A stretch of 64,000 nucleotides of DNA from Octopus sinensis (Eukaryota): contig NC_042997.1 of assembly GCF_006345805.1 (NCBI RefSeq), positions 195,920,001 to 195,984,000 on the forward strand. The letters are read 5' to 3'. The notes beneath the pieces were generated by a model. It did not search any database and had not been told where the DNA came from. It worked only from the letters and a program-made list of their open reading frames with translations. How positions within the stretch are numbered: position 1 is the stretch's first letter; the number at the start of each line of letters is the position of its first letter. Both the position numbers and the translations under genes were made by a program. Shown piece by piece: positions 13,527 to 26,124 of the stretch.

Positions 13527-14587
13527 TACTAGCAGTATCACCCAATGTTGCTTGGGTTTGTTTCGACCCTTTAGAATTGGGATTTTTGAAAAGTAAAAAT
13601 TTTGCATTATGCAACTTGTTATTCTCTTAAAGTGAACATTTTTTCAGTTGCAATACACTGAAAAATGGTGACACAGCAGTAAAAAATCGTAAAAAATAGG
13701 GATATTCATAGAAAAAAAGCACCTTTTTGATGTAAATAATTTTTGGTGTTAACATGGTCCGATTTGAATTTTATCTTTTACAGAATGAAGAGCAAGCCTT
13801 CTTCTATCATACTCCCAATTTTGGTCAACTTGCGCTGCAGGGTCTCGAAGGAGATAGTATTAGTTGAAGGCTACCAAACCTCCCACACACAGACAACTTT
13901 AGCTTTATATATATAGATTTGCTACACACTACTTTCCATCCTTAATAATGAAATTTGGTAGATCCAAAAGTTAAACACACAGACACACAAGTTGAGTTTT
14001 ATATATATAGATTTCTCAACGGGGATTTAAGGGGAGATTTTTAGGGAGTCGCTGGCGATGTATCATGATGATCAAAAATCCGGCCCGCTAGACTCAACGC
14101 AAAATGGTCACATTTAATTCAAAGCGTTAAAAATGTTATGAAAACAATTGGTATGTGTTCACAAAGTCCAAACGATTAATACGAAAAAGTCCTCCAGGCT
14201 ACAGCCCGAAAATTCCTTTCTTTGCCGAATTTCTACAATGTTTACGGCGATTCATATTTATATCTTGATTTTTTATTTTTCATGCAATTTACGCATGCTT
14301 GCACGCGTGGTGAACACAGTTTACGTCAAACAGCTGACTGAGTAAAGTTCACTATTCAATGCATGGGATAAGGCCAAAACAAACACATTATCGATTTTTG
14401 CAATTGTGAGATGAAGTTCGGATCAGAAATAGCACAGTTCAATTTTCATTCGCCTAAACTTTAAGTGACCCATTTTTGGTGGTTCTACAATTTGTTGGCT
14501 AAGAGGAGATGTGTCGCAAAGTTAAACACACAGACACACACTAAGATACACACACAGACACACAAGTTGAGTCTTATATATATAGAT
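13527..14587 (+). mobile_element. Non-autonomous Helitron/Helentron-like (DINE-1/Lep1-type) elements, tandem ends
   Basis: 5' TACTAGCAGTATCACCC with short hairpin; three 3' termini acacagac...TTATATATATAGAT ending at 13918, 14012, 14587. Related copy at 59215-59610. Confidence 0.55.
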
Positions 14588-14614
14588 AATAATTGATACT
14601 TTTGTTTTTCTGCG

Positions 14615-14745
14615 TAAATGCCCTACCTGTCAGTCTGGATCAGCTTGGATGTTCAGAAAGAAAGATTAACCAATTGATTAGCACCTTACAAATACAATCT
14701 GTAACCGGAACAGTAAAATTATGAAAGCTTTTCCTCAGGTTTAAA
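14615..14745 (+). mobile_element. RLE-type retrotransposon C-terminal fragment
   Basis: LDQLGCSERKINQLISTLQIQSVTGTVKL, homologous to the 12727-12920 peptide. Confidence 0.45.
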
Positions 14746-14861
14746 ATTGTTTTCGTTATCTACAGTTCAACGATGTATCTTTGTATATTTGTTAGAAACC
14801 AGCTCCTTCTTCAAAGGAGGAATTGAAATGTTTAAATATAGACTTGACATATACATATATA

Positions 14862-15211
14862 TACTCTTTTACTCTTTTACTTGTTTCAGTCATTTGACTG
14901 CGGCCATGCTGGAGCACCACCTTTAGTCGAGCAAATCGACCCCAGGACTTCTTCTTTGTAAGCCCAGTACTTATTCTATCGGTCTCTTTTACCGAACCGC
15001 TAGGTGACGGGGACGTAAACACACCAGCATCGGTTGTCAAGCAATGCTAGGGGGACAAACACAGACACACAAACACATATATATACATATACATATATAC
15101 GACAGGCTTCTTTCAGTTTCCGTCTACCAAATCCACTCACAAGGCCCGGGGCTGAACCCGGAACCATGTGGTTGGTTAGCAAGCTACTTACCACAGAGCC
15201 ACTCCTGCGCC
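14862..15211 (-). mobile_element. SINE family A with internal deletion
   Basis: Head and tail match 12294-12711; middle of the head region is missing. Confidence 0.85.
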
Positions 15212-15891
15212 TATATATATATATATATATAATATATATATATAATATATATATATATTATATATATATATATATACACATATACAAGTAATGAGAGAGA
15301 GTCCACATGTGGTCACTCTAACGCTAGATATAAATCCACGAAGGGAATCCACCACTAAAGAATTGTTCTCAAGTATTAATTTAACGCGCCAAGAATGTAA
15401 GCGAGCAGGACAAATGAAAAATAACGAAAAAATAGATTAACTCTATACAATTGTTTCACCGTAAATATAGATTGTGTAATGTTACTTACATAATCATTTT
15501 TGGATCTTCAGTAGAGTATATAAAAAAATATAATTTGCTGAGTCGAACGCCAACATCTACACGATGCCGAACAAAGGCGAATGACACAGCCGATTATATC
15601 TGCAGTTACGTTCAAATATCCTCATTGTCGCGCGTTAAAAACCCGGATGTAAATACTACCCCAGTAATTTACTGCCGTTTTGAGAACATATTAATTTATA
15701 CCCGGGTATCGGTTAACCGAATTATCCATACTAGGATAATTCATTCAACTACTTATATATATATATATATATATATGTAAATATATATATATATCCACGT
15801 GTAAGTACATATGTGCAAAACAGGGACTGAAGTTAGTATTCAAATACCTGAGAGAGAGTAATATACTTCTTTTTATTAAAGCTGCAGACTT

Positions 15892-15946
15892 ATCACAAAA
15901 ACTGCTACTCGGAGTTTCTGGTTCCCGCTCATCGGGCAGTTGTGAT
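15892..15946 (-). ncRNA. Minimal type-I hammerhead, U4C core variant
   Basis: atcacaactgc-CCGATGA-gc GG gaa CC a-GAAA-C tccga G-TA-gcagtttttgtgat; long stem I with 3-nt bulge. Confidence 0.6.
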
Positions 15947-15974
15947 CAAGAGAGTTTGACGAAAGTCTTGTGAG

Positions 15975-16157
15975 TGGCTTGGAGGGCGGAAATTGAAACA
16001 AGCCCGTCGTATATATGTGTGTTGTGCATATGCTTGTGTTTTTTCGTTTGTGGTTGCTCACCCCGTCTCTTGACATCCAACGACGGTGTGTATACGTTCC
16101 CGTCATCTAGGATGGAGGTGTAGCATGCCTGCATCCAAATGAGTGGGACAAGTAAAA

Positions 16158-16244
<87 letters not shown>

Positions 16245-16451
16245 TTTCATTTGTTGCAGTCATTTAACTGCGGCCATGATGGATCACCCCACCCGCTTTT
16301 AGTAGAAGAAATCGTCCCTTGGACTTATTCTTTGTAAGCCTGGTGCTTATTCTATCGGTTTCTCCTGCCGAACGGCTAACTTATGAGGACGTAAACACAC
16401 CAGCATCAGTTGTCAAGCGATAGTAGGGAAAACAAACACAGACATAAACAC

Positions 16452-16491
<40 letters not shown>

Positions 16492-16692
16492 ATATGTGTA
16501 TATATGTATATATATATATATATATACACGACCGGCTTCTTTCAGTTTCCGCCTAACAAATCCACTCACAAGGCTTCGTTCGACCCCGAGGCTATAGTTG
16601 AAGACAATTAGGTCTGGTGGCACGCAGTGGGACTGAACCCAGAGCCATGTGGTTTGGAAGCAAGCTTCTTACCACCCAGCCACGCCTGCACC
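15975..16692. mobile_element. Two diverged SINE family A copies (15975-16110 plus; 16242-16692 minus)
   Basis: Recognisable gaaacaagcccgtcg core, and head/tail motifs. Confidence 0.7.
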
Positions 16693-17343
16693 AAAACAAA
16701 CGCCTGTATGTATAAATCCTATTATATATATATATATGTGTGTATGTATGTGTGTGTGTGTGTATGTATGTATGTATGCATGTATGCATCTGTGCATGTA
16801 TAAACACATACGCCTACAGTTGACCGAAACAAAATATATACATCGTGTCTGGCTTTCAACCATAGCACAATCTTTAATCATGAACTGTTACAACACGGTT
16901 TTGTTGTATATTTCTTATTAGTTGAATTTGGATACTTGCGGTATATTGCTGGTTTCCTTAATTGGCAGATCCTTTTTTTTTTTTTTTTTGCTTTTTCTGA
17001 TTGAATTAATTTTTCTGTCTGGTCATTAGTAAATTTTTACTTGTTTTTGCACTGTTTATTTTGCTGCATTTACAGTTTTTGTTTTGTTGTATTTTTAATT
17101 CTGTCACCTGTGAATCTAACTAAAGTTGTTTGTATAATTTTTAGCCCAAGTGGTTTCATTGGTAAGAATTATATTTTGCTCACGTTAAGGGATGGCATTT
17201 TAATAACTTGTTTATGAATTTAATTTAGTTGTGAAACTAATTAGCGAATATTTATTTAAAGGAAAGTCTGTGAGAAGGTAAGTCGTATTTTACGGTAGAG
17301 TGGCTATACAAATAAGTTTGGAACGTTATTTTGGTCACTATGC

Positions 17344-18018
17344 GAAGTAGACCTCGGCGAAATTTGAACTCAGAACGTTAGGACGGACGACATACCGCTA
17401 AGCATTTCGCGCGGTATGCTAACGTTTCTTATTTCTTTACTGCCCACAAGGAGCTACACACAGAGGGGGCAAACGAGGAGAGACAAACGGAGTAAGTCGA
17501 TTATATCGACCCCAGTGCGTGACTGGTACTTATTTAATCGACGCTGAAAGGATGAAAGGCAAAGTAGATATCGGCGGAATTTGAACACAGAACGTAGCGG
17601 TAAGCGAAATACCTATTTCTTTACTACCCACAAGGGGCTAAACACAGAGGGGACAAACAAGGACCTACAAATGGATTAAGTCGATTATATCGACCCCAGT
17701 GCGTAACTGGTACTTATTTAATCGACCCCGAATGAATGAAAGGCAAAGTAGACCTCGGCGGAATTTGAACTCAGAACGAAATACCTATTTCTTTACTACC
17801 CACAAGGGGCTAAACACAGAGAGGACAAACAAAGACAGACAAACGGATTAAGTCGATTATATCGACCCCAGTGCGCAACTGGTACTTATTTCATCGACCC
17901 CGAAAGGATGAAAGGCAAAGTCGACCTCGGCGGAATTTGAACTCATAACGTAACTGCAGACGAAATACTGCTAAGCATTTCGCCCAACGTGCTAATGTTT
18001 CTGCCAGCTCGCCGCCTT
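17344..18018 (-). mobile_element. tRNA-derived SINE family B, multimeric
   Basis: Head ggcggcgagctggcagaaac...gagttcaaattccgccgaggtcgactttgcctttcatcctttcgggg; body unit repeated three times in tandem. Confidence 0.9.
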
Positions 18019-19113
18019 AGTCACTATGCTATATTACTGAAAAAAAGAATATCATTCTACTATTACCTATATAATAGTGACTAGCTCATGTTACTTTTGA
18101 ATCCTTTCGAATAATTACGCAGATCGTCAGTTCAGATCTTTCCATACACAGTGCAAATAACGATATTTTATTGGTCTGCAGACATAAGCACTGAAAAGAC
18201 TATAGTTTGTACGCTGAAACTAAAAATATAGTCTGTCGCCTGTTTGTTTAGGCTGAAATGACCTGATACATCTGGCTGACCAGCCACAACGTGTAATAAC
18301 ACCAGTGTCGCAGAATATTTTGCGCTAAGGAGCTGAGTGTGTTATGAACGCTCCACCGATGTAAAAGGGAGTTGTTCTCCGATGATCTACAACAACGACA
18401 TGCACATAAAACCTTCAAATGAGTCGAAACGACTAAAGAAATATTATGCAAATCATTGTGGCGTGATGTATGAATATTTTGCTAAATTAATCATAGATTT
18501 TTGCTTATTTGGCGCCAGACATTTTGTATTTTAAGTCGTTGAGTGCTCTGGCCAAACCTTATTTTTTTCTGCTAGTGTATCAATCTTCTGAATCCGTAAG
18601 CCTATGTTTCAGTCTTGTTTGAGTTGTATTTACTGATGTGTTTGGAATTTTGCTTTGGTCATTTTTATTATTAATATGGGTTACTGAGTCTGTTCGTTGT
18701 ACGAACTAAAGACTAGTTCCTTTGTAATGTGTATGTATTCGTGTTTTAGTTTCGATTATATATTGTAAACGTATTTTGTTTTAAGTTCCCGTGTGTCTGT
18801 GTTATTCATCAAGGCATTGTGTAATTTGATTGCCGTGTTATTTCAAGCAAAGATCCTTGTGTCACAATATTATGCAAGCGTCTGTGTGCGAATGTGTACA
18901 TTGTGATCAAAGCTATTTTTTTGCCTTATCTATTCATATGGATCTTTACGTTTGTTTATATGGGTGTGTGCTTGCGTGTAGTGCACGGTTTTTTTAGTAT
19001 CGCTTTGTTCTTGTGGTTGCATTCTTGTTTTGCGTGTATGTATATATGCATATAAATGTCTACGTATATGAAATACGTAGATATATATATGTATGTCTGT
19101 ATATATATATATG

Positions 19114-19199
<86 letters not shown>

Positions 19200-19212
19200 A
19201 TAATAACAACAA

Positions 19213-19620
19213 CAAAGGGTAAAATTAATTAATTAAGAAGTAATCAATAATTTCACCAAGTAGAATTCGGCATGAAAAAAGGACCAATTCATGGTAAACT
19301 TAAGTAATACTTAATAATTCGTGTTCAGCAAAGATATGCTTTACCACATACCGATGTTTAGAAATAGCAGCCAAAAAACGTTAGCTATTTCTTCTACTTT
19401 AAAAAGGGACTTCCAGAAAAACCAAAATACTTGGAAACAACCCACACAGGCAGAGAGGAAAAGTAACGAAAATCAATCAATATCTGGTCACCTATAGACG
19501 CGCGTTTCGGAATTAGATTGGAATAAAGAATATAGAATTATACTTTACCAACCATTTTCCTCATCAGCATAGGACTCCGGCAATAATTAAATATTGAAAT
19601 ATTAAATTCGAAGGTACTGT
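19213..19620 (-). mobile_element. Penelope-like element 3' end/pLTR fragment
   Basis: AT-rich segment abutting a (TA)n/(AAT)n tract and containing a canonical hammerhead. Confidence 0.55.
19491..19573 (-). ncRNA. Canonical type-I hammerhead ribozyme
   Basis: cctatg-CTGATGA-GGAA...TTCC-GAAA-C gcgc G-TC-tatagg; all core nucleotides present, 6-bp stem I, palindromic ACGCGCGT stem III. Confidence 0.85.
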
Positions 19621-19682
19621 AATAATTGAACATATCTCTCCACCTAACGGTATCAGACAGATCATATTCAGTGTTAAATTCT

Positions 19683-19870
19683 CCGCTGTATTTCGTCTGC
19701 CTCTACGTTCTGAGTTCAAATTCCGCCGAGGTCGACTTTCATCCTTTCAGGGTCGATATATTAAGTACCAGTTACGCACTGGGGTCGATGTAATCGACTT
19801 AATCCCTTTGTCTGTCCTTGTTTGTCCCCTCTATGCTTAGCCCCTTGTGGGCAACAAAGAAAAAAGAAAC
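19683..19870 (+). mobile_element. SINE family B, 5' truncated
   Basis: gttctgagttcaaattccgccgaggtcgac...gccccttgtgggc. Confidence 0.85.
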
Positions 19871-21159
19871 CTCGGTATTCCTTTTCAGAACTGGACCAGC
19901 ATCAAAATGTTTCATATTTGTCTGGACTCATTCCTTTGATCTCTCCAGAACGAGAGGATCTATGAGGGACGTATGACCCCCTTTTCATAACCTTCTTTGT
20001 CATTGCGGCACACAGGTCACAACATTACATTCTACGATGGCTGAATTCAGTAATAATAATTTATGTGAGATATTTAGACGCAACATCAATATGCATGCAT
20101 ATATTTTCGGATATAAATTTCTTTGACCTAATTATATTTATGATATTTATATGTGTGTCACGTACCAAATTTTTATCAGTTTTGTTTCTAAATTGCCTTA
20201 AAGTAGAATGAACAATATCCGCTATATCACATGGAAATATCGAATCCGGTGGATATTAATTGGCTACTTCCTGTGAATAATATTGTATAGATTAGTTGAC
20301 TTATAACGGTATTTCGGAAGTTACATCTATGAATTGTAAGCGATATGTTGACAGCTATGAATATTTAATTTAATATTGCTTGAAACAAAATCGCGGAACA
20401 TATGAAATGAAAATCTACTGCTGAAAATATATAATTTCTGTTCATTTTATTTTATTGTTAGAGGTTTAGTTTTCGATCGGTAATTCGATCGACATTTTGA
20501 CAATAATTCAATCATGCGTTTTATTGATAAGCAGTTTTGTTTGTAATCACTAAGTTTCATGTTCGAACCCATTACGATGTATTCAAGGCAAATGACTTCT
20601 ACTATAGTGCGAGTTGACTTAAACTGGCAGAGAGAAATTATGCAGAAACCCTCTTTTTACATTAATATTTGTGTGTGTTTGTCTCAAGACTGTGTAGTTG
20701 TTACTGTGCAACAATTTAATACAACATATATATACATGCGTGTATGTTTGTATGTATGTGTGTATAGATATATGTATATATGTATGTATGTAAGCATGTA
20801 TATATGCACACCTGTGTTTAAAATTAACACCTAACCAGTCGATATTTGATATGTTACAGATCAATAAAATAAGTACCAGAATCGATATGGTACACACACA
20901 CATGCACGCCCACACACAGATACAACGTATACACACACAAACACACACACACACACAATATTATACGCGTGTCTATTTGGGCGTCTCTTTGAGTGCGTGT
21001 ATTTATGTGTATGTATTTACACGTCACGACAGAGATGTTTTTAGTAGAGTACCAGCTGACAGCTCTGATAACTGAAAAAAGCAAAAGATCAAAGTCAACA
21101 GTTATAGCAATGAAATATTCAATTAGTAACAGCATATTCAATACGATGAGCATTATAAG

Positions 21160-21600
21160 ACGGCGAGGTGGTAGAATTGTTAGCACGACGGGCGAAATGC
21201 TTAGCGGTATTTCGTCTGCCATTACGTTCTGAGTTCAAATTCCGCCCAGGTCGACTTTGCCATTCATCCTTTCGGGGTCGATAAATTAAGTACAATTTTC
21301 GCACTGTGGTCGATCTAGTTAACTTAAACTGTTTGTCTGTTCTTGTTTGTCCTCTTTGTGTTTAGTCGCTTGTGGGTGGTAAAGAAATAGGTATTTGGAC
21401 TGTCTTTACATTACCTCGAGGTTGACTTTACGTTTCATGCACTCGGGGTCGATAAATTAAGTACCAGTTGCGTACTGGAGTCGATCTAATCGACTGGCGC
21501 TCCTCCAAAAATTTCGAGCCTTGTGCCTTGTGTGGAACAGAATACATTGAGCATTATTGAAGGCGGCGAAAGGCCGCGAGCTGGCAGAAAATTTAGCACG
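21160..21600 (+). mobile_element. SINE family B, multimeric and diverged
   Basis: Head ggcgaggtggtagaattgttagcac, two body units. Confidence 0.85.
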
Positions 21601-21789
21601 TGAAAGTGGGACATTATGAAAGGTGTGTATATATTTATGTGTGAAGAGGGGAAAAAAATTAAATTAAATTTTAAAACTAAATTACTTAATTATAAAAATG
21701 GCAATTAAAAAAGAAAGATAATGAAAAAGGAACTTCCACCTTGCTTGCACACAAATATATATTCTTATGTGTGCGTGTGTATATTTGTG

Positions 21790-22390
21790 TAGTTAGATTT
21801 GGAAATCTTATGTGGGGAATTTGGTTAGAGATACGGTACCTACATGTTTAGCCGTTAGGAAAACATATTGGTTTGAAAGGTTTTAAGGTTTTTAATGTGT
21901 TGTGTTTGCAAGAAGAGATTAGCTCAGAATTTCGATTCAGAAATTGGTCCATAAACGTGAGAATGTAGTAGGATTCATTAGAACAATATTGGCAGGTTTT
22001 GTGGTTACCTTGGTATGGTTGAACGTGTATTTTCCAGTTGATGCTAAACGCAATACTCTTTTAATTTTAATGTGCATATATGTTTGGAGAGTGACGTATC
22101 ACCTTTCCTGTTTGGGTGCGAAAAGTGTGCATATGTTAGTTGTATTGTAACTTGGACCGTCTCGCTGTAGATCCTATGTGTGTAGATATAGCAGTTGGTG
22201 TTATGTTTGTTGTTATCTTTGCGATGTACGATATTTTCTACGAGACAGTACAGAACTCAATATTAATAGGTCTTTACTTTAGGTTTTATAACACGAATAT
22301 AGGGTTGACTTATATTATTTTTCGGAATATTACCAGTCACAACCTGGTTGGCCTAACAATGCAGTGCCTTACTATTTCACAACTTTAATG
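21790..22390 (-). mobile_element. Penelope (Neptune-like) GIY-YIG endonuclease pseudogene fragment
   Basis: ISYIAKIT...THIGSTARRSKLQYN*H.HTFR...TSLSKHICTLK...INWKI...PY...CQYCSNE..IL...LNRNSELISSCKH follows the Neptune EN layout; stops and frameshifts. Confidence 0.75.
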
Positions 22391-22392
22391 CA

Positions 22393-22815
<423 letters not shown>

Positions 22816-23039
22816 AATATTATTTATTTCTAAATATTTCCACGTCTCCTTTATAGACGTTGTGCTTCAACGTCCTCATATTTACCATTCTGATCTGTCA
22901 GTATTTATAGGAATAAATTCCATCCAGATGATAGTGTCAAGAACGTAGCTCCATCTATCGAGTAACACTTGTTACGTATATATCAAATAGCCTCCGGCGT
23001 CTTTTATCGACTCAACTTCAGAAATGAAGATAAGTAAAT

Positions 23040-23097
23040 CAATTTCTTCCTCTTAAAAATTTTATTGTTGTTTTTGTTATCATTTTATTATTATTAA

Positions 23098-23148
<51 letters not shown>

Positions 23149-23151
23149 GAC

Positions 23152-23199
<48 letters not shown>

Positions 23200-23489
23200 T
23201 ACTACTATTATTATTATTAGTGTAGCTGCTGTTGTTGTTGTTGTTGTTGTTCATCAGCTTATTTTTTTCCTCGTTCTCTCATCATCTTATATAAATTTTT
23301 CTCCGTTTTTCCTTCTTTCTCTTCTTCATCTTCCTCTTTCTCTCTTTCCTCCCTTTCATAAGTTTAGCATCTTTTTTTCTTGCTTCTTCATATACATTTG
23401 CTTCGACTCCTTCTTCATCTTTTATTATTTTTCCTTCTTGTTTTCTTCTGCCCATTCTTCTTTCTTCCTTTCATCATCATCAACATCAA

Positions 23490-23531
<42 letters not shown>

Positions 23532-23581
23532 GACCAATAATAATAATAATGATAATAATAATAATAACAATAATAATAAGG

Positions 23582-23612
<31 letters not shown>

Positions 23613-23616
23613 TAAT

Positions 23617-23672
<56 letters not shown>

Positions 23673-23871
23673 AATCATTAAAACTTGTACTATTATTATT
23701 TGTATTAGACTTGCAACTACAACTACTATTACCACCACCACTACCACCAGTACTACTACTACTACCACCACAACTCTACATTTTCTTCTTCATCCTGATC
23801 ATCATCATCATCTTTTTCTTCATCTTCTTTTTCTTCTTTTTCACCTTCTTCATCATCATCATCATTATATT

Positions 23872-23903
<32 letters not shown>

Positions 23904-23924
23904 TTATTATCATTATTATTATTA

Positions 23925-23977
<53 letters not shown>

Positions 23978-24000
23978 TTTATTATTGTCAAAGTTTTTTT
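23040..24000. repeat. Trinucleotide mosaic (ATT, AAT, GTT, CTT, CAT, ACT, ACC)
   Basis: About 1 kb of adjacent triplet tracts in both orientations. Confidence 0.95.
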
Positions 24001-24219
24001 TTGGTCGTCCTCTCTGTTGTTGCTGCTGTAAAATTTAGCCTGAAGTGAAGTTTGAAATATTTTCAATTTACTTTATCCCGCCTCATTCATTACATTTAGA
24101 TGTTTTGAGCGAAGAAGATTTAAGGAAATATTTTCTTCTCTTTCTTACTAATTTTCATCTACTCATCTTTTCTCACTCACTTTCTTTCACACAATTGTAT
24201 GCGCATGTGTATGTGAACG

Positions 24220-24250
24220 CGCATATATATATATATATATATATATGGTG

Positions 24251-24317
<67 letters not shown>

Positions 24318-24465
24318 CATACATATATACATGCATACTTGTATACATATATATAAATATATGTATATATATATATACATACATATATATATATATATAT
24401 ATACATGCATATATACATACACATATATACATATATATATATATATATATATGCATACATGCATT

Positions 24466-24497
<32 letters not shown>

Positions 24498-24580
24498 TAT
24501 ATGTGTATATATATGCATGTATATATATATATATATATGTGTGTATATATATGCATGTATATATATATATATACATATAT
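24220..24580. repeat. Interrupted (TA)n microsatellite
   Basis: Direct inspection; source of several spurious YI-rich ORFs. Confidence 0.95.
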
Positions 24581-25346
24581 CCATGTGAATGTATGACTCA
24601 GTGTTTGTGTTCCAATATGTGTGTGTGTGTGCGTGTGTGTTTGCTGGTATATGAGTCTGTAAGTCTACTGTCCTCTCTACGTGTAATTGATCATAGATTA
24701 TTTCTAATTTCCTTTATCTTTACTAAAAGCTTTTTAGCAACTACGAAAGGCGTTTCTTTCCTTTTTTTAGTTACCAGCTCTCTAGTTAGATGCTTGAAGA
24801 CATTTATTTTGTCACCTCGACCCATGTTGTGTCAAACAAGACTGTCTTTAGTCAATCAAACATAGACATATTCATCTTGTTATTACTATCATTATTAATG
24901 TAATATTATGTAGTTAAATACAGTGAATATGCATGCGTAAAGAAATGAAATATTTAGCATTGAATGTCGAACTTTATGAACATAGAAAACTCTAGGCGTC
25001 GACGAGGATTAACAAGCTGATATATACACCGGAGGACATTCGAGCGAGCCGAATTCTAATAGAATAAACTTACAGAATCTCTAATCTAGCAGTGGAATCG
25101 ACAGTGCGCTGCCAGTTCGAGATACAGTTTTAGGTTGCGAAGTGTTACTATGAAGGCTGCCTGAGATACGCTTCAAGCGAGGAAATGAGGAAGCGCGCTC
25201 TTGTACAGAGTCCGAGCATCGTTGATTTTCAGGCTTAGTTGGAATAGCTGTCGTTGTGTGTAGGATAAATATGGATAGTACCCTTGTCCGTCATGACGTT
25301 TTCTCTATCATTCGCCTTTAACAAGTTTAGGAGGGAGAGAAAAATG

Positions 25347-25870
25347 AAGGCGGCGAGCTGGCACAAACGTTAGCACGCCGAGCTAAATGCTTAGCAGTAT
25401 TTCGTCTGCTGGTACGTTCTGAGTTCAAATTCGGCCGAGATCGACTTTGCCTTTCATCCTTTCGGGGTCGATAAATTAAGTATCCGTTTGTCTTTCCTTG
25501 TTTGTCCCTTGTGATTAGCCCCTTCTGGGTAGTAAAGAAATAATTATTTCGTCCGATTTTACGTTCCGAGTTCAAATTCCGCCGAGGTCGACTTTGCCTT
25601 TCATCCTTTCAGGATCGATTAAATAAGTACCAGTTACGCACTGAGGTTGTTATAATCGACTTAATCCGTTTGTCTGTCCTTGTTTGTCCTCTCTGTGTTT
25701 AGCCCCTTGTGGGTAGTAAAGAAATAGGTATTTCGTCCGATTTTACGTTCCGAGTTCAAATTCCGCCGAGGTCGACTTTGCCTTTCATCCTTTCAGGGTT
25801 GATAAAATAAGTACCAGTTGACTACTGAGATCGATGTAATTGACGAGCCCCCCACCTCGAAATTACTGGC
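25347..25870 (+). mobile_element. SINE family B, trimeric
   Basis: Head plus three gagttcaaatt(c)cgccgag body units. Confidence 0.9.
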
Positions 25871-26124
25871 CTTCTACCAAACTTGAAAAGAATATATCTA
25901 TATAAGTCGGTCAGATGGTAGAATCGTTAACACACAGGCCAAAATGCTTAATTGCACTACATCCATCTTTTCCTTCTGAGTTTAAATAAGTAGCAGTTTA
26001 GTAATGGCGTCAATTTAATTGACTTAGCCTCTACCTCACAATTCCTGGCCTTGTGCCAACATTTGAAATCAGTAATAGGTTTAAATGAGTATAAATTATC
26101 TGCCAAAGTATTGTAAATAACATT

